DNA from: the human T2T-CHM13v2.0 reference genome, Homo sapiens
Assembly (NCBI RefSeq): GCF_009914755.1
Contig: NC_060925.1
DNA: 64,000 nucleotides
Reading direction: 5' to 3' (one strand)
Shown here: piece by piece, positions 1 through 12,470 of the stretch
Position numbering within the stretch: the first letter of the stretch is position 1
Layout of the letters: the number at the start of each line of letters is the position of its first letter
Made by a program: the position numbers and the translations under genes
Notes under the pieces: generated by a model
What the model saw: only the letters and a program-made list of their open reading frames with translations
What the model was told of the DNA's origin: nothing
The model's database searches: none

Positions 1-125
1 CTGCTGCTCACTCTTTGGGTCCGTGCCACCTTTAAAAGCTGTAACACTCACTGTGAAGGTCGAAGGCTTCATTCTTGAAGTCAGTGAGACCACAAACCCA
101 CCGGCAGGAACCAACTCCAGACACA
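1..125 (+). mobile_element. LTR12 (ERV9) LTR, 3' end
   Basis: ACTCTTTGGGTCCG...GCTGTAACACTCACTGTGAAGGTC...GCTTCATTCTTGAAGTCAGTGAGACC...AACTCCAGACACA matches the LTR12 U5 terminus ending in CA. Confidence 0.85.
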
Positions 126-129
126 ATAA

Positions 130-470
130 GACAGGATGGCCAGGCCAGGGAATTGCTAGTATGGCCAGAGTCCAATAATGCAAGGGATATTAGGACAAGT
201 TGCTGGAGAGGTAGATCAGGGTAAGAAAATAAGGAGCCATTGGAGGCTTTTAAGTGAAAGAGTGACATTTTGAATTTTATTATTAAAAGGTTTCTCTAGT
301 GGCAGTATAAATATAAAATGAGACTTGTAAAAAGCTTGAAATAGGAGCCAGTAATAATACTTAGCACTATATTGCAAAAGGCCAAGCAAGAATTGATGGA
401 GACTCACATGAAGCAATGAAAGGAAGGAGTGGATTACAAAGATAGAATCTTCAGGTGTTTGTTAAGGGAT
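130..470 (-). mobile_element. L2 fragment (decayed)
   Basis: GGAGCCATTGGAGGCTTTTAAG...GAGTGACAT is typical antisense L2; boundaries approximate. Confidence 0.55.
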
Positions 471-694
471 AAACTCTTCTTACCACTTGATAATTTTATA
501 TAAATACTTAATTGGCTTTCATAGGAAAGAAGGGACAAACCAGTAATATTTATGAAAAACAGTAATACAGAAATTTCCCCTCATCAAAGAACAATGAGAT
601 TATCTGAGATATGAGTTAATGATCAATACAGAACTTGAAGAGAAAGTTGGACAATTATTTGGCAGGTTTGGATTAGATAAGCAAAGGTTACAAC

Positions 695-1021
695 CAGAGG
701 TGAATTTATTAAAAGAAGCAAATGAAATTTAAGCTTTAAGGTTCCTCAGTTACAAGGGCCCTTGTGAGGGTTGAGGACTGCCTAGAGCTATGAGCAGGAA
801 GGGAAAGCAAGCCTGTACTTCTTCAAAGCACTTCTAGTAAATAGCCTAAAGAGACTTCAGCAGAAAGGAACTTGAATCCCCAAGGTGCCAGTAACGTATT
901 GTGATCTCCTTTCTTTTTCTGAAGATATAATTTTATATTCATATTTTGTACAATTCTTCATATAGAGGACTCTCAGAAATTATATAAACTTCAGGCCACA
1001 TAAAACCTGGAACTGCCCTTG
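695..1021 (+). mobile_element. Non-autonomous hAT-Tip100-type DNA transposon (Zaphod/MER115/MER118-like)
   Basis: Degenerate terminal inverted ends CAGAGGTGAATT...CTGGAACTGCCCTTG; internal AAGCTTTAAGG / AACTTCAGGCC motifs; weak 8 bp TSD gttacaac/cttccagc. Confidence 0.55.
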
Positions 1022-1513
1022 CTTCCAGCCTTCAGGCTTCTTTAGCATTAACAAATGGAGAGAACTTAGTCTAACTCCTGGAGTTGAATATTTTTATCTT
1101 GATGTACAGGAATTAATTCTCCAAGTAAACAAATAAGGTGATTTCTTTAAAACATATTAAGAGCTATTAACCAGCAATTAAACATTAAATGCATGATGAA
1201 TAATTAATGTTTTATATGTCATCATACAATGATGAATAACAATAGGGATTTGAAGGTTGAGGGACATTTTCAAAATCATTCTTCTTCAAAGATTAAAAAT
1301 GCTTTCTGATACATGTTTTTAAGTGGATGTACTATTGATTTTACATTGATTGAATGGCAGTCAAAAGATCTGATTTAGCTCTATGTTTATCATTGATTAC
1401 CTTTGTGACCTTGGGCCTATGACAGGTAACTTTTCTATTCTAACTCTGAAAAGATTTTTACATTAACTTCTCTCCGTTTCCAATGAATCTTCTCTCACTC
1501 AGTCTGTAGTAAC

Positions 1514-1974
1514 TGAGAAAGAAAAAATTTTTTATTTGAGGAATGTGAGCCCCTTTTAAATTATCAGGCCCAGAGAGGTACTGAAATGTGGCAGTAGTCA
1601 CATCTCACTCCTCAACTTGAGCTAAGTAATCATTTTGAAGCTGCCTACTATATGAACTCTACACTGAGTGTCGCCACCAACAGTTTATAAATTAACCTAA
1701 TACCATATGCTGGGCACATAACTCTTATCCTTTTTTTCAACAACGTGCAGCCAATCACTAATCAATGTTATTTCCAGAAATCAATGACAATCCCTGAAAA
1801 ACAACTTTTCTAATCACTCCCATTCCTAATTTGTCCTTTCTTTCTTTAAAATCTTGAGCCTCTCCTTTGTTTTCCCAGAGCACTCAACAGTGTTAGCCAG
1901 GCCGTAGTCCTTAACCTTGGCTCAAATAAGCTCTCTATATTAATTTTGCCTCAGTTTATTTATTTAGGTCAGAA
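1514..1974 (+). mobile_element. ERV1 (MER4-group) solo LTR, MER87/LTR56-like
   Basis: Starts TG; AAATTATCAGGCCCAGAGAG; CCAAT box; U5 CCTTGGCTCAAATAAGCTCTCTA...TTTAGGTC. Confidence 0.7.
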
Positions 1975-2399
1975 AAACAAACTCCTGAAAGGTCTTCATG
2001 CCTCTTGCTTCTAACGCCAGCAAGCCTCCCATTCTCTTATCATCTAATTTCCATTGAGCCTATACTCCCTTTTCTGCCACCTAGAGAATAAAATGCAAAA
2101 TCAGCCTGCCGCATAAAGCCTCTACAATTTGACCTCTAGATATCTGTACAACTTTATCTACCACTTGATCTCCTATTTCTTTATACAGTTTTATTTACTG
2201 TTTCCACAAAGATATACAATCTTGGCACATTTCCTCAAGCTATTCCACAGTTATGAGCCCTCTCACAAGCTATGTCTGGTCATCAAAGCCTTCAGGGCCT
2301 TACTCAAATTGCCAGTTTTTCCAAGATTATTTTCCAGAAGAATTAATCTTTCCCCATCATCTTTTCTTATCACTTTCTTTATTATTTATAATATCCATC

Positions 2400-2540
2400 A
2401 CATGGCAAAGTGATTGAAAACACTAGCGATGAGTCAGAAAGTCATAGTTTTAAAGCTGTGCTCTAACACTCACCAACCCATGTAACTTTGGGCAAGTTAC
2501 TTAACCTCCATGAAATTCAGCTTTCATTTACTGAATGAAT
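2400..2540 (+). mobile_element. MIR
   Basis: Core TGTAACTTTGGGCAAGTTACTTAACCTC. Confidence 0.7.
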
Positions 2541-3009
2541 TATGTGCATATGATATCTTCTATATGCATGGAAACCAGAAGAAATTCAGTGAAGAGGAAG
2601 CAGAATAAGCCATCAGGATTCCAGGCCTAAGCTTCTTATTCAATCATGCTTACCAGAGAAGTCCAATAGTTTATGTCAGTCAGTAGAGTAAGGGTAGAAT
2701 AGGAATGATTAGGGATAAAAGATCTCTTATTTGCTTACCCAACCAGTAATAAGGCATTATTTAGTTTTCCACTTTTCTTTGAGATTTTGGAACTCTCAGC
2801 AAGTAGCCCAAGAAAAGGGGTATTGGATGATATACTTCAAGAACAAAATCCCACTCTGGACCCCAAACAGTGTAGGGCACTCTCATTTGTTCTTACATCT
2901 AATGGAAATGTTCAAGAAGCACTTTCTGAAAGTAGTAAAACTTATATATGAAACCTCTTAATGCTGTTGTTTGGAAAGTAAATTAATCAAACCCTATATT
3001 TTATAAAAT

Positions 3010-3235
3010 ACTTGCTCCACAAGTATTTATTGACTACAAACTGTAGGTCAACATATAATTATTGTTGTGGCTATAACAGCAAACATGACAGACATAGTCC
3101 CTTTCCTTAGGTTTTATGCTCTCATAGAGAAGACTGACATTAATTGAATCACTTCAAGTGTGATGAGTGTTATAAAGGAGATGTATGTCTCTATTATCAT
3201 AGAAGCAAACAATAGAGAACTTAATCCGGTTTATG
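3010..3235 (-). mobile_element. L2 3' fragment
   Basis: CAAGTATTTATTGACTAC...AGACATAGTCCCT is the antisense L2 3' end. Confidence 0.55.
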
Positions 3236-3264
3236 GATAAAAGTATTCCATTCTTATTAACTGC

Positions 3265-3640
3265 TGTCAAGGACTGTATGTTTGTATCCCCTCAAAATTC
3301 ATATGTTGAAACTCTAACCCCCAATTTGTCTGTACTTGGAGATAGTACCTGTAAGGAGGTGATTAAAGTTAAATGAGGTTATAAGGGTGGGGCTCTGATC
3401 CAACAGGATTAGTGTTCTTATAAGAAGAGACACCAGAAAGATATATATATATATCTGTCCCCCAAGGAAAAATCATGCGAGGACGTGGCAAGAAGAAGGT
3501 CAGGAAGGTAGCTCTCACAAGAAACTGAGCACTGCCAGAATTTTGATCTTGGACTCTGCAGCCTCCAGAAATGTGAGAAAATAAATTTCTGTTGTATAAG
3601 CATGCAGTCCATGGTATTTTGTTATGACAGCCCAAGTGGA
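3265..3640 (+). mobile_element. MaLR LTR, MLT1A-type
   Basis: CAAAATTCATATGTTGAAACTCTAACCCCCAA...TTAAATGAGGTTATAAGGGTGGGGC...GTGAGAAAATAAATTTCTGTTG...GGTATTTTGTTATGACAGCCC. Confidence 0.85.
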
Positions 3641-3750
3641 TGGAAAGAAGAAATGAAGAAATGAGGAAAGGAGAAAAAAGAAGGGAAGAAAAGGGAAGGG
3701 ATGGGGGAGGGGAGGGAAGAGCAGGAGGGAAGAAAAAGGGAATAAAAGCA
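3641..3750. repeat. GA-rich low-complexity tract
   Basis: Almost pure purine run. Confidence 0.8.
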
Positions 3751-4039
3751 CTTGTTTTTATTATTTTCCTACTAAAATGACATTTTCCTCTCCTGTCAGA
3801 ATATAATGGACTTCATCATGTGAAACTCCTGCATATGTGAGGCTCTAGGAAAATGTTTACCTTACAAGAAAGATGCATCTATGTTAATATATGTATCTCT
3901 CTGAATTACTCTTTCCTATTCCCATAACATTTGGTGGAGCACTGTAAGCTTAGCAAGTGCTATTAAGGGCTTGCTGAGTTCATGTCAAAACTTTTCTGGC
4001 TACAAATTGTTTCAAATCTATAAAATGAATATGTATCTG

Positions 4040-4570
4040 CAAGCTAACAGCGAAATAATGCTGTGTTTGAGCCTACCAGAAATCTCCGTGGCTTACAACA
4101 GTAAGTATTTATTCTCAAGCTCATAGGTTTGCAGGTTGTGGTTTCGCTGATCTATGCTGGGCTGTCCAGCTCTGCTTTAGGCTGTAGGTAGGCTGTGGTT
4201 GGCTCTAGGATGAGGCTGAAACAAGGTATATTCAACATGTCTCTCATATACCTGTTCTTATGGCAAATCACCAGCATGCTAAAGCCAAATTACTCAAAAA
4301 GCACATTTAAGGCCTCTGTTGAAGTCATATCCATTAATGTTCTTTTCCTTTGTGGGTTTTTTTTTTTTTTTTTTTTTGAGATGGGTCTTGCTCTGTCTCC
4401 GAGGCTGGAGTGCAGAGGCGCGATCTTGGCTCACTGCAACCTCCATCTCCTGGGCTCAAGCAGGCATTCAACTGACCAAAGAAAATCATGTGACAAAGCC
4501 CAAAATCAAAGGAGTAAGAATATATATCCTTACTACAGTGAGAAACTGAAAAGAATAAATATTTGCTGAA
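4040..4570 (-). mobile_element. Old MaLR LTR (MLT1H-J type) interrupted by an Alu fragment
   Basis: GTGGCTTACAACAGTAAGTATTTATT...GACCAAAGAAAATCATGTGACAAAGCCC antisense MLT1 motifs. Confidence 0.6.
4357..4461 (-). mobile_element. 5'-truncated Alu (about 85 nt of right arm plus tail, AluJ-like)
   Basis: T-tract then GAGATGGGTCTTGCTCTGT...GCTCACTGCAACCTCC...GGGCTCAAGCA; no TSD seen. Confidence 0.85.
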
Positions 4571-4679
4571 TAATAAGCCACATATTTTATACAGGTTCAG
4601 AAAAGATGATCTCTAAGTGAAAAAGGAAACTAAATAAATACTGGATGCTGGAAACAAAAAGGTGATTTAGAGTTTCAGA

Positions 4680-5230
4680 TCTTAAGTGGCTTATAGTCTG
4701 AGGGCTGGTGGGGGTTGAGGGAGAGACAAATAAGAGAAACACTATAAATATAGTGAAGCAAGTATAATGACAATGACGGTAGAATTATTCTGTGTGGAGG
4801 ACATTTGAGTTTTAAAGGGTAGTAGAAGTTTATCAGATCAAGGTGGTTGGGATTCAGAGAAGATAGAATTCTAGGCAAAGGGAAAAAATGTGTGCAAAAT
4901 CACAGATATGTTAACTAGAATGGCATAATTTAAAAGTGGCATTTTTAAGGTGTGGCTTAAGCATAAAATATATAGAAAAATGGTGAGAAATGATAAAGGA
5001 GATGCAAGAGTCAAATCTTAACACAAGTCAGGTCTAAAAATTTGGTCTGCAGTGCCATTAAAGAATATTAAATAGGAAAATAATGTGCTAAAATGTTTAG
5101 AATTATGGCTCAATAGAGTGGAAGAATGACTGGCAGGATGAGTTTAAGGAATGGCAGAGAGTATGAGACAATAGAAACCCTAACCAAAGCAGTGGCAGTG
5201 TGAATGATGAGAAGGAAATATTAACAAATT
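4680..5230 (-). mobile_element. L2 fragment
   Basis: ATTCTAGGCAAAGGGAAAAAATGTGTGCAAAA and AAAGCAGTGGCAGTG antisense L2 motifs. Confidence 0.6.
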
Positions 5231-5264
5231 TATGAAATATTATTGCATATCTTTTTAATGACTG

Positions 5265-5770
5265 CAAAGGTCAGGACTTTCTGAGTTGTAAGTGACTTAA
5301 ACTCAACTCACATAAGCTTAAGCAAAAACTGGCAGCTCTCAGAAATAAAAAATAAATAAATAAAAATAAAACAAACTACAGGAACCAGCACAACTCTAAG
5401 GACCTTGGGGATGGCACAGATAATTTAAATGTTGCTTATATTTTCTCCCCATCCTTCATCAATGTTTATTCACTTAATTCTCTCCCACTGTAGAAAAGCT
5501 TACTACACATGGAGGAGGAATATGGCCACAGAAAGCTCCAAATCACATTATTCTAACTAAAGGCAAGAAAAGACCTCTCTATTTGCAATTTTTTTTAAAC
5601 AAAAACTCTTGAGTAAGCCTCTTTTGACCCAACTCAGGTCATATGCCCACCCTACAATACAGTGGCCAAAATACCATGAGTTACCCAAGTTATCTCTTGA
5701 TCCTCTTAGAGAAAAGTAATCTGTTATCAGTAGAGGAAGTGGATAAATTATTATCCAGCCAACCACATCA
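5265..5770 (-). mobile_element. Old MaLR LTR (MLT1J/K-like)
   Basis: GGTCAGGACTTT...GTTGTAAGTGAC...AACTCAACTC...AGCTTAAGCAAAA; CAGGTCATATGCCCACC. Confidence 0.5.
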
Positions 5771-8482
5771 ATCTGTATCAACCACTGTGAGAGTAAAAGA
5801 CTAGTTGAGGGTGACAAGTTGAGACTTCTAGCTTAGCAACTAGAATATTAATGACATATTAATGATAATACGTGCTACAGGAAGAAAACAATGTATGAAG
5901 TAAAATTTTTAGAAATGTCAAGTTTGACCTTAAACTTAGATTATTCAAGCCATGAATTATTCAAATGGCAATATTCAATAACCACTAAATTTTTCTTTCC
6001 ACAAGACTGGGATATATATATAGAGAGAAAAAGTGCATAACAATAGCAATTAATGATTTAGAAGAATAAAGACAGAAATTTCATTTCTGTATTTGACATA
6101 AAAGCATTACATCCAGGGAATATCTCTTTCCATATGAGAAAGAACACTCGAAAATAATGTATTAAGAGTCTCTGAGGCTATTTTAACAGAAATTTGAACC
6201 AATTAAAACGTTTGAAAATATCTATTGAAATGCATATGATTGACATTATTTTTATGAAAGGGAAAAATAATGCAGCTTAGGTGGAAACAATATAACGTAT
6301 CTACCAAATACAAGAACTGCTGCCTTCATTGACATTGCTGATTCAGTCAGAGACTAATAAGCCTGTGAAGCTTTCTGCTTTCTCAGAAAGTAGAGGGCTG
6401 CTCATTAACAGAAAATTTGGTTGAGTCCATCTTAGAAGCCAATAGTCCCTATCTTCTGGAAAAATTTGCAGGTATCCCATAAAAACTCCAAGTATTTGAC
6501 ACTATAGAGGTTTACTAAGTGGATTAAAACATTATGACTTATTATTATTATTATACCCATATTCCCCAAGGTGAAATAATGTTTTCTGAAAACTCTCCAT
6601 TTTGAGGTTCAATGAGATATTCCCAGCAACACACATGAAAAAAGAGTATTGAAAAGGGGTTTTGCATAGCCACTCAAATCAAAGCTGACAATTACCTTGA
6701 TGGAAGAATAAATGATAAAACTTAAGGGTTTTATTAGCCCCAAAGTAGTTTTCAAGTTGCACAAAATGTTCCTTTTCTTCCTATATATTAAAGTACTCCT
6801 GCCCTATATATTTAGCTTTCATAAAATATTCAAAATATTGCTTCCCACGTTGTTAAAAAAGTATCTGTTACCGGAAGAAGGAAAATCCATTTTGCAAAAT
6901 AACAGGGAGATTACCCAGCATAACTACAATTACATTTTTAAAGGTACAGAAAGATAATAGAGAGCTGTCATACAATTTAAAGATCTTCTTAAACTACACA
7001 CTGTGTTTCTCTACAGAGGATTTTTAAGATGAGAAATAGACCTTGAGGGTCTTAGATAGGCCTGAGGCAATATTAAAAAGGTCAAACATTCTTCTAAAAA
7101 GCACCTCTGTCTTCAGAACAACTTAGCAGCCAGCTTGCAGTGCCTTCTTATTTACAGCTATTGTTCCCAGAGGAAGTGCACTTGAGTGTGGGCCACTATT
7201 AGTTTGTAATGAGCTTGCCAGAAATGATACAGGAAACAAGTTTGTAATGATGTGCCATACCCAGCTCAGAAATGCGATGACACACTCTTTTGGTGAGGTA
7301 AACAGGAATATGGGGCTGAGAAGGCATGTGGGGAGAGAAGAGGGAAGAAAAACAGGAAGAGAAAAGGAGCCTAGCAATAGAGAGCCATCTTCCTGTTCTG
7401 CTCCTAGTAAGAAGCCAACTAGAATGGAACTGAGGAATAACTGAGTTGCCAGCATAGTTTGGAAGACTCAGGAATTATTCAGCTCAACTGTCCATTCCCA
7501 GTTCAGGAGTCTTCAAAGGGCAGGCTTGTACTCTCAAATGAAACCGTTCTAAAACAAAACAAAACAAAAAAAGAAAAGAAACAGCCCTGAACCTGTCAAA
7601 GATTAGTAACAAAATGTCAAATGCTTCGCCTATACACCTAGGGTGCCTCCATATTGTATGTTCACTTATGTTTTCCTAATGTACCTCTCTCCATACAGAA
7701 AAGTGCACACAATCATGAACCGGGGAGGGCAGAGAATTAAACCTTATCTAAGAGCTGTCAATAAATCTATTGTTAGAGATACATGTGAATAAAAGTAACA
7801 GAGGCAATCTTTGTCTTTTAAAGAGGTAGTTTTTCAAAAAGAGAATTACACAAAGTGCTCCTCTGTTTTTGTCAATATGCTGCCAGGTTTTGAAATGCTA
7901 TTTTTCATCCAAACAATAAAAATCTTGACAAGTAAGCAGCAGAAAATCACTAAATACACTCGCAGCTGCATTTCAATCTATACAAATTCTTTAAACAAAA
8001 ACAAGCAAAGAACAGCCTGGCCTAGCAAAATTATTTCACCATTTGAGCCTCAAGTCCAAGATAATTAAGAAACCGAATTTTATATTTCCACTGAAATATT
8101 CCAAAAAAAGTTCAAATAAAAAATGAAAATACAGATGAGAAGATGTAGTAAAGCTCTACATGTGAATTTCAAGAGCATAAAATCAAGGAGGCAATTTTTT
8201 CAACTTTACAATTGAGATTAACCCCCCCAAAATCCTCAATTATTTTCTTTCTTAAAAATGTAAGTGAACTCAAAACAATAGGGTTAGTGGGAGGGAAGGT
8301 GGACATACGGAAGAAACTGATGTCGGAAGACCCAGGTTAAACATCTAGCATAACTAGCAGCAATATATATTTGAGGGAAGTCTGAAAAAAGAAACAGACT
8401 GTTTCCATCATATAATCAAGAGATTATAAAGATCCGAATTAATAAGTCTGTGGTAGTAGGAATTTTAAAAAATGAGATATAT

Positions 8483-9532
8483 TGATAGCAGCAAGAGACA
8501 GACAGCAGCGACCCATCCCTGTCCTAGGCAGACAGGGGAGGGTCCCTGGTGAAACCCAACCTTCAAACAAAAGACAATTTAAAGCCTGAAAATGAGCTGA
8601 GCTGCCAGTCCCAGATAGAGTCCATGACCCGAGTGAGAACTTCTATTTCTGTTTCCCACTCTTTCCTCATTGGTTCTTTCTGGATAATGGTTTTTAACCA
8701 ATCAAACGCTGCCTCTTTCAAGGTTACCTACAGCTGGGGCCTCCTGATTCCAAACCTGTAAAAACCCTGGACTCAGCCACACAGATGGCTTCTCACTTCT
8801 GGGCCTCCTCTCACACAGTGGGCTACCCACTTCAGGTCCCCTCTTGTTGTCGAGAGCTTTCCTGTCACTCAATAAAATTATTTTCTGCCTTGCTCATTCT
8901 CCAGTGTCTGCATGCCCTATTCTTCTTGGTCACGGGACAAGAACCCAGAACCCACCAAAGAGCAGGAGCTAAAAAGGGCAGTAACACACTCCAGGCCAGC
9001 TCACCGAGCTGCGGATGGTGTGAATAAAAAGAGCTGTTACATGCTCCCATTCACCAGACTATGGGAGTGAAGAGCTGCAACCCTTCTGGGGGCCCAGACC
9101 TCGGGACTCCCCAAGCCAGAACTATGACATGCCCCCATTCACCCAGCTGCCAGTCGGGAATGAGAGACAGAACTATGGCATTCCCTGGGGGCTCAGACCT
9201 TGGGACTCCCCAAGGAGTGACAGAAGCTGTGACAACCCCTTGGGGCTCTGCAGTTGCTGGTATCTCTGAGTTTTCAGGTGCTGCCATGTCCACCTCATCT
9301 AGATGCTGGCACCCAAGATGGAAGCCAGTTGCAGCATGCTTGATCCAGCCCTGGGCGAAGCACAGAGCCACAGCAGGCTCAAGATTTGGGCTGGTAGCAT
9401 AAGCCAACTACAGCCTGCCAGATCAAGTGAGGAGAGCAAACCCGGTAGGCTCCAGCAAAGCCCAGGCAGAGGCATCATCCACCCCGTGGAGATTTCTGGC
9501 TGGCGAAGTGGCACAGAACAAATCCTGTGTCA
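8483..9532 (+). mobile_element. ERV1 solo LTR, LTR27/LTR28 family
   Basis: TGATAG...CCTAGGCAGACAGGGG...GGTGAAACCCAACCTTCAA...AATAAA...AAATCCTGTGTCA; TG..CA ends; 4 bp TSD atat/atac. Confidence 0.8.
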
Positions 9533-9591
9533 ATACGTGATAGCCAATTTTGTGGACAGAATTAATAATATTTATTAATGAATGAAGGTAA

Positions 9592-10037
9592 GTATACTGA
9601 ATATCTTCCATTTGTCCCTCCAGAGCCATTCTCTGCATTCTACTCCCTGCTTTGTGTTGCAGGAGGCTGACTTCTATGGACTACATCAATGGGCTCCCTT
9701 ATTCTCCAGCTTCTGGTTGGGTTTGGTTAATGGAAAGCATCAGACACAGATGAAAGACAGAAAGTGTGAGGACAAAGTACTTATTCCCTTGGCTCCCTCT
9801 CTGCCTAGTTACAAGTTGTTGGCTCTTCTACTGAAGACCAAAGCTCCTATCAGGTGTCCTTCTTTACATTTAGTCTTCCCCATGACTCCTATAATCACTT
9901 CCTCTCATTTCTCCATCAACCCCAGTATGGCAAATAGTTCTGTATTATTAGCAGCCTAAGAATTACTAAAACATGCCATCTTAATTGCCCTAAACCCCCT
10001 CATGCCCTTGTGAACAGTCCCAGAATCCTGACTGATA
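9592..10037 (-). mobile_element. ERVL LTR (LTR33-like)
   Basis: GGAGGCTGACTTCTATGGACTACATCAA...GCTTCTGGTTGGGTTTGG motifs; boundaries approximate. Confidence 0.6.
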
Positions 10038-12111
10038 TAGTGAGATTGTTTTGTAAAACATAAAGCACTGTACAAAGGCTTATTTATTTATGTTGTTAGT
10101 TTAAAAAATTATGCCAGATATACACAGCAGACGAATAATAAATACGTGCTGAATCAAATAATACAGATTACATACAGTTAAGATTTTGGGTCAGCTTCTG
10201 TTTTAAATACGTTAAATCTCAAGGAAAAAATAAAGAGTCATGAAACATATCAATTAGGCATCAAGGGCTTATAAAAGTATAAGCAACAAAAGAAAGCAAT
10301 CATTTCTAGAAACTCTTTGGTAATTATTTAAAATATCTATTATTCCAGGAAGTACTCTAAATATATGTACCTTTTCATAAAGGTGAAGGGAAAAAAAATA
10401 GCAACCTTCAAAATTAATACCTTGAAAAGTATAAATATGAAACTGGAAGTAATACCTACGGCCAATTGAAGAGATAGGCAAATTCTCCCCCAAAAAGCAA
10501 TTGTAAACGTGAATATACATGATAAAAAGAATAGTTTCTTAAAGGTATACAAAAATCAGAGAAGGATTTGAATTTGAAAACTACTTAACTAACAGTAAGA
10601 ATAGAGGGAAACTGACATTCTAGACTGGAGCTGCTCCCATACTTGCCCCCAGGAATATTTGGCCTGAAAAATCTGCTATGTAAGGCAGGCCATAAGGACC
10701 TACAGTAATTTTTCTGCCATGGTTGAAGAGGTCTTACTCAATTTGGAAAAGTGATGACCACTTCCAGGGGTATTGTCAGCAGAAATTACTTACCAAAAAC
10801 TGGCTAGCAAGAAAGGGTAAAGGGTGCAACTCTACCAGCTTGAAGTACAGCCCTGACTGGGACAAGCATAGTCTTGGCTAAGACTGTGTACATCCACAGT
10901 GGAGGCAGAGAGACCCAAGTTATTTCAAGACTCTTGGTTTATCCTAAGGCTGCCCACATGAACATAGGAAAATAAAAAAGGTCTAGCAGAAACTGAAACC
11001 CAGAGAATAATTGAAAAGAACCTAAACTACAAAAATTATACAAAACTTTTAATTCTCAACAAAAATTTAAAAGACAAGCAAAGAAACAAAAATGTAACTA
11101 AATCAGATAAAACTTAGGCAATAAAATCTATGAGTGTCTCAGACCTGTATTTAACAGGCAAAGACTTCAAAGCATCTGTAAGAAAACTATGTTTATGAAA
11201 TAAATTATGATAAATACTAATGAACAATTAGAGAGTCCCAAAAAGGATACAGAAATTATAAAATAACCAAATGGAAATTCTAGTGTGGAAGAATACAATA
11301 ACTAGAATAAAAATTCAGTAGAAAGGATAAACAGTAGATTTGAGGTGACAGAAGAAAAATCAGTATACATGAAAGACAGAAAATATCAAATCTAAAGAAT
11401 GAAAAACACTTTTGAAGAAAAATGAACTAAGCCTCAAAGATCTCCAGTGCAGCAAGTTTACCAACATGTGTGTAATAGTATTTACCCCAAAGAGAGGAGA
11501 GAGAATGAAATGGGAAGAAAGGATTTAACAGCTCAAAGCTTCTAAAATCTAGTAAAAAACATGAATCTACAGATCCAGGATTCTTAATAAACTTCATATA
11601 ACACAAAAATAAAGAGACATAAACCTAGACACATCATGAGCCCAACTGCTGACACCAAACATAAAGGAAAATATTAAAAACAGGGAAATATTAAAAAGGA
11701 AAAAAATTAAAAAGGGGAAATAACTTATCACATACAAAGAACCCCAATAAGATTAACAACTGACTTTCATCAGAGCCAAAGGAGGCCAGAAGGCAGTAGG
11801 ATGACATAGTCAGAATGCTGAAGGAAAACTACTTTCAACAAAAAATTCTATAACCACCCAACTATCCTTTTAAAAAAGAAGGAAAAGTAGAGACTTTCCA
11901 AGATTAAGACTGAGACAAGTCGTTGTTAGCAGGCATGACATGCAAGAAATAATAAGAAAGTCTTTCAAGTGAAAGAACATGGTACCAAGAGGTAAATTCA
12001 ATTTACAGTAAGAAACGAAGAACAACAGAAATGGTAAACATGTGGGTAAAGATGTTTTTCTCATTTCTACTTTTCTCTAAAAGGCACAATATCGTATAAG
12101 AAATTTGACAT

Positions 12112-12253
12112 CTTAGCTGACATTGCTGACTGGGCTGTTTATAACAAATTATCACAGGCTGGGTGGCTTGAACAACGAACATTATTTCTGTACTTCTGGA
12201 GGCTAGGAAGTCCAAGATGAAGGAGCCAGTGAATCCAGTGTATGGTGAGAGCC
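12112..12253 (-). mobile_element. MLT1A/B LTR fragment
   Basis: ATAACAAATTATCACAGGCTGGGTGGCTTGAACAAC...TTCTGGAGGCTAGGAAGTCCAAGAT. Confidence 0.75.
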
Positions 12254-12470
12254 TGAGTTGTAGTCTTGTTGTATCCCCCCAAATTCACATGTTGGAAACT
12301 GAATCCCCATTGCAACAGTGATGGGAGGTGGGGCCTTCAGAGAGGTGTTTAGGTCATGAGGACTCTGCCTTCATTAATAGATTAATGCCACTATTTTTAA
12401 AAAGCCTGTAGAAGTATAGTCTCACTGTTCTGCTTTTCTGCCATGTGGGGACAAAGATTTCACCTTTTTA
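12254..12470 (+). mobile_element. MST-type MaLR LTR fragment
   Basis: CCAAATTCACATGTTGGAAACTGAATCCCCATTGCAACAGTG...GGTCATGAGGACTCTGCC. Confidence 0.7.

Noticed and set aside
9051-9578. Stacked ORFs and internal repeats (AGACCT.GGGACTCCCCAAG twice)
   Set aside because: Inside the LTR27/28 solo LTR, whose U5 region is naturally repetitive and GC-rich
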